DNA of 62,252 nucleotides, the filler included, from Nemertoderma westbladi (lineage: Eukaryota > Animalia > Xenacoelomorpha), in the NCBI GenBank assembly GCA_032718475.1. It is 3 parts of 3 records of this genome, joined end to end, with 100 filler letters (N's around TTAATTAATTAA, not from the genome) between each part and the next. Parts side by side here need not be neighbours in the genome. Positions count along the whole stretch, not along the records: positions 24,939 to 47,876 come from JAUCBJ010008063.1; 2 more parts are not named here. One strand, given 5' to 3'. Under the pieces are notes generated by a model, which was given only the letters and a program-made list of their open reading frames with translations, ran no database searches and was not told the DNA's origin. Below, piece after piece: positions 37,401-47,976 of this stretch (within the stretch, counting starts at the first letter, position 1; the number at the start of each line of letters is the position of its first letter). A program made the position numbers and the translations under genes.

Positions 37401-40400
37401 TTAGGAAACAGAGTGGAAGGGTTTGCTGTGGAAGATCACCCATGGTGGTGAACAGGCATTCAGTTAGAAAACAGAGTGGAAGGGTTTACTGTGGAAGATC
37501 AACCATGGTGGTGAAAAGGTATTCCTTTAGGAAACAGAGTGGAAGGGTTTACTGTGGAAGATCATCCATGGTGGTTAACAGGCATTCCTTTGGGAAACAG
37601 ATTGGAAGGGTTTACTGCGGAAGATCACCCTTGGTGGTGAACAGGCATTCCTTTATGAAACGGAGTGGAGGGGTTTACTGTGGAAGATCACCCATGATGG
37701 TGAACAGGCATTACTATAGGAAACAGAGTGGAAGGGTTTACTGTTGAAGATCACCCATGGTGGTGAACAGGCATTCCTTTAGGAAACAGAGTGGAAGAGT
37801 TTACTGTGGAAGATCACCCATGGTGGTGAACAGGCATTCCTTGGCTTAACGAGCTTAAAATATAATCCCATTCATTAAATGTAATTCGATGATATCCGAG
37901 AACCGATTGTACAGTTTGGTGAACTGCATCCAACAATATATCATAATTCGGATGACTCATACCGGTGAAATCAGACTTTACCAGAAACATTTCAAGCCAA
38001 TATCAATGTGCACGCCCATACCAGCATACATACATACAGATACATAAACATCCTTTTTTTGACAGCAATAAGCCCTGACTGTCTTCTAATAATTTTACAC
38101 CACCATAGTGAAGTTATGTATACAACAATACAGGATACAACCAAGAATAATCATTAACTTTTACTTTTGATATAGGAATTTAAAAATGTTATTTTCAACT
38201 CGACATTAATCTATCGGTACAGCGGTGATCATTACTGCTCATTACTGAATATTGTTAGTATAAATAGGTGAACCTGGACTTGGATATCGAAGTTTCTAAT
38301 ATCTTCTTTTTTAGTTAATTCGTTTTCTTCTTTCTCTTTAAGTAAACCCTCCTCTTCGTCGTAATTGTCTGCCACAGCAACACCATTTGGTTGCTCGGCC
38401 ACTAGTTCGTTGAGAGACTTCTGGAACACGGCCTCCGATAAGACCTGCGTGGAATGCAATAAACATTAGGATTAGTCGTGATTAATATGGAGGTTGACTC
38501 AAATAATGCTACTTGTAATTCATATTGCTATATGATAAATTTAATCTAAAATAATTAATTCACATATTTTAACAACAAAAGTTTGATACAGTCTCCTTCT
38601 TTCTGCCACATATGTTATTATGTGTAACAACTGCGAACAGCACATTGTATTAGCTCATTACCACAGAACTGACAGACTCTAAAGCATAGTTATCGCTTAT
38701 AGTAATATAGAAGATCTGTTTCTAATTAATATTATTTACTTTTATGTCGTCCAATTGTTGCTATAATGAGGAGTGTAAGAGTAGTAGCTATACATATACT
38801 GTTATCACTAGAAATTTAGTTAATTAATACCTCAAAGTCTAACAGATATCCATAGTTATTGCTGTTCGCGATGTTAGCTAATACGCTAATAGTTGAACCA
38901 CCCGCTTGTGTTTGTATGTTTGCTACCCAAGAACCGTCAGGGGTTTTGTCGAAATAAACCCAATCGCCTTGTCCATCGTCTACTGCTGATAGTGAAACAA
39001 CATTGGGTACCTGGAATATTACCGTACGAACCCGAATAAATACAGCCCACAGTTAGTAGTAGAAAGGAGGATGTTGGAGGAAACAATGCATACGGAGCCT
39101 AAGAGGACATGGAATCCTCAGTTTTTTTTAACTTAGTATAGATATCCGCTAACTCAATATATTATGTTATATCGCTAACTCATTGAGTTATAGTCAATAT
39201 GAGTTATACTGTCTGACAGTCTATGTCAGTACATACCGGTAACACAATGTTTATACTGTCTGACTGTCTACGTCAGTACATACCGGTAACACAATGTTAT
39301 ACTGACCTCCAAACAGATATGAACGTTAGAGTTGGGCGGCAACCGACCACACCTGGGCTCCAACAGTCGGCAGTTGATACCCCAGCCGGGGTAGTAACTC
39401 TTGGGCATGGCGGGGAACCCTGCGATATACGGACTGGGGCAGTAGATGAGGTAAGTGAAGACCTCCGGGAGGATAGCAGACACGTCACTGAATAGAGCGG
39501 CGAACACAGAGAACTTGTAGTAGCCGTGATTGGGTAATCGTAGAGTGAAGGTGGTTTTATCGGAGGCTGATTCAGCATGTTTCTCCATAAATATGTTCTC
39601 GGAATAATCGGTTAGGGTTGGATTCTCGTTGGATTGGTGGTATAATTGTTGGGAAATCTTGAGGGAATATCTCATCCCGAAAGAAATCTCTAGTTCGCCC
39701 CCTGGTGGTGAGAATATGAATGGATCGCGATGACTCACAGGCCAGAATCCGATTGTTTTTAGTTCCGGTTGGGGTCCAAAGTATTGGTTAGGGGTCTATG
39801 AAAGAATATATGAAGCTCATACAGTAATTTGAATTTCTATTCCCGACTCCATGGTAACTAGTTTAACTTTAACCGACGTGACGTTGCATTTCATTCCTTA
39901 CCCCCCCCCCCCCCCTCGCTCAAAAATATAAGTATTGTAGGTACAGGGACCCCACTACCCCCTACATTTTCCCCACCCATCTCTGGTAACCGTGACGCTA
40001 TTGTGTGACTCACCTCTGGTAACCGTGACGCTATTGTCTGACTAATCTCTGGTGACCGTGACGCTATTGTGTGACCCACCTCTGGTAACCGTGACGCTAT
40101 TGTGTGACCCACCTCTGGTAACCGTGACGCTATTGTGTGACTCATCTCTGGTAACCGTGACGCTATTGTGTGACCCACCTCTGGTAACCGTGACGCTATT
40201 GTGTGACCCACCTCTGGTAACCGTGACGCTATTGTGTGACTCACCTCTGGTAACCTTGACGCTATTGTGTGACTCACCTCTGGTAACCGTGACGCTATTG
40301 TCTGACTAATCTCTGGTGACCGTGACGCTATTGTGTGACCCACCTCTGGTAACCGTGACGCTATTGTGTGACCCACCTCTGGTAACCGTGACGCTATTGT

Positions 40401-43379
40401 GTGACTCATCTCTGGTAACCGTGACGCTATTGTGTGACCCACCTCTGGTAACCGTGACGCTATTGTGTGACCCACCTCTGGTAACCGTGACGCTATTGTG
40501 TGACTCACCTCTGGTAACCTTGACGCTATTGTGTGACCCACCTCTGTTAACCGTAACACTATTGGGTGACTCACCTCTGGTAACCTTGACGCTATTGTGT
40601 GACCCACCTCTGGTAACCGTGACGCTATTGTGTGACTCATCTCTGGTAACCGTGACGCTATTGTGTGACCCACCTCTGGTAACCGTGACGCTATTGTGTG
40701 ACCCACCTCTGGTAACCGTGACGCTATTGTGTGACCCACCTCTGGTAACCTTGACGCTATTGTGTGACCCACCTCTGGTAACCTTGACGCTATTGTGTGA
40801 CCCACCTCTGTTAACCGTGACACTATTGGGTGACACACCTCTCTGGTAACCGTGACGCTATTGTGTGACTCACCTCTGGTAACCTTGACGCTATTGTGTG
40901 ACCCACCTCTGGTAACCTTGACGCTATTGTGTGACCCACCTCTGTTAACCGTGACACTATTGGGTGGCTCACCTCTCTGGTAACCTTGACGCTATTGTGT
41001 GACTTACCTCTGGTAACCGTGACACTATTGGGTGACTCACCTCTGGTAAACTTGACGCTATTGTGTGACTCACCTTTGGTAACCGTGACGCTATTGTCTG
41101 ACTCACCTCTGGTAACCGTGACGCTATTGTGTGACTCACCTCTGGTAACCTTGACGCTATTGTGTGACCCACCTCTGGTAACCTTGACGCTATTGTGTGA
41201 CCCACCTCTGTTAACCGTGACACTATTTGGTGACTCACCTCTCTGGTAACCTTGACGCTATTGTGTGACTTACCTCTGGTAACCGTGACACTATTGTCTG
41301 ACTAATCTCTGGTGACCGTGACGCTATTGTCTGACTCACCTCTGGTAACCGTGACACTATTGGGTGACTCACCTCTCTGGTAACCTTGACGCTATTGTGT
41401 GACTTACCTCTGGTAACCGTGACACTATTGTGTGACCCACCTCTGGTAACCGTGACGCCATTGTGTGACCCACCTCTGGTAACCGTGACACTATTGTCTG
41501 ACTAATCTCTGGTGACCGTGACGCTATTGTCTGACTAATCTCTGGTGACTGTGACGATATTGTGTGACCCACCTCTGGTAACCGTGACGCTATTGTCTGA
41601 CTCACCTCTGGTAACCGTGACGCTATTGTGTGACCCACCTCTGGTAACCGTGACGCTATTGTGTGACTCACCTCTGGTAACCTTGACGCTTTTGTGTGAC
41701 CCACCTCTGGTAACCTTGACGCTATTGTGTGACCCACCTCTGTTAACCGTGACACTATTGGGTGACTCACCTCTCTGGTAACCTTGACGCTATTGTGTGA
41801 CTTACCTCTGGTAACCGTGACACTATTGGTTGACTCACCTCTGGTAAACTTGACGCTATTGTGTGACTCACCTTTGGTAACCGTGACGCTATTGTCTGAC
41901 TAATCTCTGGTGACCGTGACGCTATTGTCTGACTCACCTCTGGTAACCGTGACACTATTGTGTGACTCACCTCTGGTAACCGTGACGATATTGTGTGACC
42001 CACCTCTGGTAACCGTGACGCTATTGTGTGACCCACCTCTGGTAACCGTGACGCTATTGTGTGACCCACCTCTGGTAACCGTGATGCCATTGTGTGACTC
42101 ACCTCTGGTAACCGTGACGCTATTGTGTGACCCACCTCTGGTAACCGTGACGCTATTGTCTGACTCACCTCTGGTAACCGTGACGCTATTGTGTGACCCA
42201 CCTCTGGTAACCGTGACGCTATTGTGTGACTCACCTCTGGTAACCGTGACGCTATTGTGTGACCCACCTCTGGTAACCGTGACGCTATTGTGTGACTCAC
42301 CTCTGGTAACCGTGACGCTATTGTATGACTCACCTCTGGTAACCGTGACGCTATTGTGTGACCCACCTCTGGTAACCGTGACGCTATTGTGTGACTCACC
42401 TCTGGTAGCCGTGACGCTATTGTCTGACTCACCTCTGGTAACCGTGACGCTATTGTCTGACTCACCTCTGGTAACCGTGACGCTATTGTGTGACCCACCT
42501 CTGGTAACCGTGACGCTATTGTGTGAGCCACCTCTGGTAACCGTGACGCTATTGTGTGACGCACCTCTGGTAACCGTGACGCTATTGTGTGACTCACCTC
42601 TGGTAACCGTGACGCTATTGTCTGACTCACCTCTGGTAACCGTGACGCTATTGTGTGACCCACCTCTGGTAACCGTGACGCTATTGTGTGAGCCACCTCT
42701 GGTAACCGTGACGCTATTGTGTGACGCACCTCTGGTAACCGTGACGCTATTGTGTGAGCCACCTCTGGTAACCGTGACGCTATTGTGTGACTCACCTCTG
42801 GTAACCGTGACGCTATTGTGTGACCCACCTCTGGTAACCGTGACGCTATTGTGTGAGCCACCTCTGGTAACCGTGACGCTATTGTGTGACGCACCTCTGG
42901 TAACCGTGACGCTATTGTGTGAGCCACCTCTGGTAACCGTGACTCTATTGTGTGACCCACCTCTGGTAACCGTGACGCTATTGTGTGACCCACCTCTGGT
43001 AACCGTGACGCTATTGGGTGACTCACCTCTGGTAACCTTGACGCTATTGTGTGACTCACCTCTGGTAACCGTGACGCTATTGTCTGACTCACCTCTGGTA
43101 ACCGTGACGCTATTGTGTGACTCACCTCTGGTAACCGTGACGCTATTGTGTGACCCACCTCTGGTAACCGTGACGCTATTGTGTGACCCACCTCTGGTAA
43201 CCGTGACGCTATTGTGTGACTGGATTTAGAACATCGGATTAGGTAACTACACAGGTGAGGTGCTGGCCCCTTGTCCGGTGCTTCCTTTGCGAAAACCTCC
43301 AGAACATAAACTCCCTTTTGCGGAATATTGAGAGTAAATACCGCCTCGTCCTTGACCAATCGGTGGGCTTGGTAACATT
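31438..43379 (-). CDS. KY / hillarin / LTD-1-like protein, last nine exons (KY-type Ig-like repeats, coiled coil, dynein-MTBD-like C-terminus)
   Basis: AG/GT-bounded, phase-compatible exons 43379-43192, 39795-39307, 39010-38831, 38444-38274, 36365-36236, 35951-35784, 34696-34582, 32287-32122, 31671-31438 (TAA). The repeated motifs FTLNIPQKGVYVLEVFA...CSYLIRC and FTLRLPNHGYYKFSVFA...FTYLIYC resemble KY-family C-terminal repeats. The 5' part, including any transglutaminase-like core, is not seen. Confidence 0.8.
31760..32060 (+). mobile_element. Diverged 3'-end copy of the same RTE-like LINE, in the last intron of the KY-like gene
   Basis: GAGGTGTCTCATTGGTTCCCCCAAGCTTGACACTAGAA...GCAGCATG aligns with 3304-3610. 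Confidence 0.9.
32490..33500 (-). mobile_element. L2/CR1-group LINE fragment (RT and C-terminal region), decayed
   Basis: ETALLKVNDDI, LLDLSAAFDTVDH, GLPQGLVLGPLLF, *ADDTQLY, RDHITPVLKRLHWLPVKRRIKFKI. Confidence 0.9.
33530..33745 (+). mobile_element. Short LINE 3'-end fragment (CR1/Jockey-group-like)
   Basis: GPRLYNNLPRELRD, then after a frameshift SFKRRLDQYLINIPDQP...NSNSL, followed by an A-rich tail. Confidence 0.6.
34928..35335. repeat. 53-bp intronic minisatellite, ~7.5 copies
   Basis: Unit ACTGTAGGCCTACTATACAGACAGCAGTAATCTGTTAGTGCTGTCATTCAACA. Confidence 0.95.
36512..36911. repeat. 86-bp intronic tandem repeat, ~4.6 copies
   Basis: GAAGACCGTCAGCCCCTAAGAAGGA starts at ~36512, 36598, 36684, 36770 and 36856. 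Confidence 0.95.
36988..37155 (+). mobile_element. tRNA-derived SINE (pol III A and B boxes plus conserved central domain)
   Basis: A box TGGTGTAGTGG (36994), B box GGTTCGATCCC (37036), then CTTTCATCCTTCAGTGGTCGATAAATGGG, which resembles a MetaSINE-type core (from memory). Confidence 0.7.
37156..37842. repeat. 63-bp minisatellite, ~11 copies, directly continuing the SINE
   Basis: Unit CAGAGTGGAAGGGTTTACTGTGGAAGATCACCCATGGTGGTGAACAGGCATTCCTTTAGGAAA. Confidence 0.95.
39981..43220 (-). repeat. 33-bp minisatellite, ~98 copies, whose unit contains the exon 3' end and the 5' splice site
   Basis: Minus-strand unit CACACAATAGCGTCACGGTTACCAGAG|GTGRGT; the first unit is continuous with the coding exon starting at 43379. 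Confidence 0.97.
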
Positions 43380-43598
43380 CTAGAATATACATATATTACA
43401 GTGCAATTGGTACACTTATATAGAAAGCTACCACATAAACTATATTGCGCCCATCCATGCAGATTATTACATTATCAATTACATTAATCTAACAATATTT
43501 ATTTAATAATTCATTTCAGACTAAACAACATAGTACATATTATAAGACCCTTAAAAAAACGTAACATAAACTAATAAAGAGACAACACATATTATTAA

Positions 43599-46500
43599 CC
43601 CTTTGTTGCACTTGTTGCTTTTAAGCAACAATTATATTATCAGTCGTATCTCATAGAAAAACCATCTACCATGGAATACTAAATATACACGGAACCAGAT
43701 AGATGTCCGATTTCACGAGTCATTCTTTTTATTGCTTTAATCTATTGTACTCGATGCATGAATAGAAATTTTGAAAAAAAAATTGGTGGTCATCGATCTC
43801 GTTGCCATGGCAACAGACATTTTTCATTTTTTGCCTTTATTTCAACAACGATGAGTGAAAATACAGTAAATATTGCCTCCAAATTTGTTCAAAGGTTTAA
43901 AGCGATATACATACACTATAGCTTCCGTTTCATCAATAAGTTGCCTGATCTGCTCTGTAACCCAGCATTATTTTTCTTATTCGTCCAACCGGCGCTTCAG
44001 ATCAATTTCCTTCCCTTGTTTCGCTGAGGCGCCTTAAAACCGTCCAACCCAGTCTTGTAGCTTTCTTTCTCAGCTATTAGCTCAGCCAAGTGATTTCTCT
44101 GTGCCTTCAGAAACACGTTGATAATTTTGTGTAAAAATTTCGAGGAATGACTGGAGTGAATATCGCAAATTATTGATCTTGTATGCAAAGAATCTACTGG
44201 AAGCATTTGTAGGTACTGAAAGAGAACTTCGGCTGATATGAATTTGTCATCTTTAATATTTTTTTGCAGGAATTTATATGCTAGTTCTAGGTTACCGAGG
44301 CAATTACAAACGAAGTTGACAAGATTTTGATGTGGAATGGTTAAACCACCGCGATTTATATCATGTAGAAAGTGGCGAGATGACTCATTAGATGTAGACC
44401 CACTTCTTTTAGAATCGCTAATGATGTCATTTGTACCGTTTAAATTACAGTGTAGGCAGTTGACCCCTACTGTTTTCACAATCCATCCTGAGATGTATTC
44501 AACAATATCTAGAGATTCTTCATTGACAGTTAGACAACGAAACTCATCTTCATCCACAAATTCAGACACTTCATCGAATAACAACGCGGCTTCATTGTGG
44601 AAATCTTTCTTCAACAGAAAGTCGGATACTTCGAGGTCTTCATCTATGATTAGTCGTATTGATAAAATTTTATTGGAGTTTAGAGCGTCTCGAAGAGCAA
44701 TTAGAAACCGGCCACCAGACATTTGTCTATATTTAGAGTAATGTAACTCCAATGCATCGTCTCCAAGGACATGAGTGTTAAACAAGCTGTATCCCAGTTC
44801 CTCAAACACGAGTTTAAACACTTTCTCTGTATTGCGCACAGTCAATAGGAGGGCGTTAAAGGTTTGAGGTGATAGACCTGGCTTTCCCGAATCTCGCCAT
44901 GCCTCCACCCAATCGCCAAAGTATTTCAAGAAACTTCGTCTCTCAATCTGGTTTTTGTGGTGTGTCTCAGTATACATAGTGGATGTCTTCGGATTCCTAG
45001 TTTTGGTGTTCATAAATGCCCAAAATAACCTCATCAATCGCACAAAATTTGCTGTCGGACTGTTTCTGTCAATATAATATCTCAGAGCACTCTCTGTACA
45101 ATCGCTGTAAAGATTTAGCATAAGCTGAGTGTTTTGTTTTTTCTTCTGGACATGTAATGTCGAGAATGTTAGCTTGGGTGCTCGTCGTAAATGAGCGGTA
45201 GTATTATGAGAAGTGTCCAAACAATAAACTTCGGCCACATCACTAACCTTTGCTTCACTACCTGGTGAAAGTTCAATCGTATCATTCTTAAACTGCCACT
45301 TGAACTGTGGTAAAACAAAGATGCCTAGTTTGAACCAATTATTCCTGGTATTCTTTAATAGATGGTTATAATCGAAGAGCGGAATGATACCTTGTAAAAT
45401 TTCTGAATTGTCAAAATGCTTAAATATAGCATTAGCGTTTGTTGGTGAATTATCACTTGTCACCACTCGTGGCGATGTTTGGACTGATCTTAGGTTGCTG
45501 CAAACTTCTTCTAAGTTACTAATTATCTCCCGTCCTGTCATAGCGGTTGCAGTGGGTACAGATTTCACTACTAATGGTTGCCCATGACTCAGACCTCTAA
45601 CCATAAAACTATTCAAAGATCCTATATCCGATTCTGTAACACCACCTTGTGCAAAAACCGCCTCTTTCTGCAAGTGAATTTAGTCCAAATACACAACAAC
45701 GTTTTTGTCCATCTTCATTTTCTGGAGAAGTTTGTATGAATCGATGGATCCTTTAGTTATTTTCTCCAAAACAGATAGACTAGGGAACTGAGGAAAGACA
45801 GACAAGAGTTCCTCGTAGGCTGCCTTACTTCTATATCTAATCATAAGTGCTTTCTTAATCAATGAAGGTTCGAAACGTAAAACCCGACGGCAATGCTTGT
45901 TTCTCACAAGGAAGCGGATGATTTCGTTATCATACTTTGGATCTTGATAGTTTTTTATTTCATTCATCAGTCTGTATAACACACTCTTGCATTTGACTTT
46001 TTCAAATCCGCAGAGCCTTCTATCCAAAAAACTGAAATTTGATAATGGAATTGTACTCCCATTACGGTAAACATCAAAGACATCATGCGATACATTGATT
46101 ATGTAGCTACATTCAGGTGCCTCTGGGAATGTTTCCGAAATACACATAGCTCCTTCTTTGCCATAGCAAAATATGCTTGCATTCCGATTGTTAAACACAT
46201 CATCCTCTCTAAACCATTTGTTTATAGCTTGAGCATCCCAAGTCTGCAAAATGAGAAATATTGGTCTATATTCTATATACTCTATATATACTCTATCAAG
46301 GTTTCAAACGCGTAGACAGACAGACAGGCTCACCCCGCAGACAGACCGTGGAGAATAAGAACGATTACTAGTAAGCAGTATACTACGCATGCCAAATTTT
46401 TTAAAATTCCATGGTACTTTTGCAGTATCCGTCACACATTTTCTGAAAATTGCCCCAATTGAAATGAAAATTGTTAAAATTGCTTGTATATAGTACGCCT

Positions 46501-47876
46501 TGATTATACACTATTCTAGATCATAAATAATACAAATAATATAATGTTCTAGAACATATAGCTAGTTATTTTTCAAATTCAAAATAGCTAGTAATACAAA
46601 AAAAATTATTTATTTATATTATTTATTTTTTAGAAAATTTATCTACCAAATTGGATATTTTTTTATATTTACTAGCTATTTTAAAATTAAAAAAAATGTT
46701 CTAGAACATTGTATTTTTTATTTTATTTACGTTCTAGAATAGTATATAATACTTTTCTATAATTAATATTTAATAGATATCACCGCCCCCAGTTAACTCG
46801 ATGGAATGGCCTTGTATATAGTACGCCTTGATTAAAAGTACAAATTCCATATTAAGAAAAACATTCAGATCGTTAGCGCCCCTAGCGGCATACTGGTGCA
46901 TTGATCCGAGACAGATGGTACAACTTACAAACGATTACATTGAATTGAATTGAATAAGCATCAATAGCAGCCGAGCAGAAGGCTCTCAAAAATTAACCGG
47001 ACAGACACCGTTGCCTAATGATACCAGTACACTAAGGCTCGCCTTAGCGTACTTAGCTTACTTAAAATGGGTACTGAAATACTTTTTGTAAGTAACTGTC
47101 ACACCCACCAGTTGATCCAAGTCTCTAAATTTTGACTCTTGGTCCCTATCGAAGTCCTTTGTCAGTGTTATCCGGTTTGTTGGTTTTTTGCGTCTACCAT
47201 AGAAGTTAACACGTTTAGAAAGTGTTGTTTCACTCTTCTCTGATCCTGGTAGATATAATGATGGCACAGCGGAATCTCTCAGCTCTTTTCTTTTAAATGG
47301 CTTAGCAATGAAGTCGCTTTGTGAAAAATGTCTCCAACAGACACCAAAACTGTCGCAGGAAAACACCCCTGGCGTTCTCACTGCTTTAAGCCACTTGTCC
47401 CTAGTTGATGTGTCCTTGGGTATACAGTATACCGTAGCACTAGGCCCGGCCCTCACCCCACAATTAGGTACACAACAAACACGAGGCATTCGTTATTAAT
47501 TTATATACTGTACTGTAGGTAGGACAAGGTGTGTTTTAATCTTAGCTATAGAGGTGTGGTATACAGTACTGTATGTTCTAATCTGATTTCGCACTGTCGT
47601 GTCGTTTAACCTTGTGAAATTGTATTGTACAACCAAGGCCTTCTAGAACTACAGTAATGCGTTGTATCACAGTTACTATGGAATTACTTAGCCAAGTAGT
47701 GTTGACGATATAGCGATTTAGATAGTGATGCACGCAACAATTTAATCTCTGTTACCATGGCAACGAGATCGATGACCACCTATTTTTTTTTCAAAATTTT
47801 TATTCATGCATCGAGTACAATAGATTAAAGCAATAAAAAGAATGACTCGTGAAATCGGACATCTATCTGGTTCCGT
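43599..47876 (-). mobile_element. DNA transposon with long TIRs (>=130 bp) carrying a THAP / P-element-type transposase; right end cut by the spacer
   Basis: 43689-43817 is the near-perfect reverse complement of 47748-47876. The left boundary at TTAA|CCCTTT (43595-43604) is inferred. Confidence 0.85.
43997..47489 (-). pseudogene. THAP-domain P-element / THAP9-like transposase, two exons, one in-frame TAA
   Basis: Exon 1 47489-47109 (MPRVCCVPNC...W...VCWRHF...AVPS = THAP); GT-AG intron 47108-46244; exon 2 46243-43997 with YLD*IHL, VTSDNSPTN, FDYNHLLKNTRNNW, DALELHYSKYRQMSGG and C-terminal YISGW...RGGL. Confidence 0.88.
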
Positions 47877-47976
47877 NNNNNNNNNNNNNNNNNNNNNNNN
47901 NNNNNNNNNNNNNNNNNNNNTTAATTAATTAANNNNNNNNNNNNNNNNNNNNNNNNNNNNNNNNNNNNNNNNNNNN
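47877..47976. other. Artificial assembly spacer (44 N, TTAATTAATTAA, 44 N)
   Basis: Identical to 24839-24938. Confidence 0.95.

Noticed and set aside
37193-37747. 184-aa ORF with 21-aa repeats
   Set aside because: Translation of the 63-bp intronic minisatellite.
40052-43229. Plus-strand ORFs (VTVTLLCDPPL)n
   Set aside because: Antisense reading of the 33-bp minisatellite.
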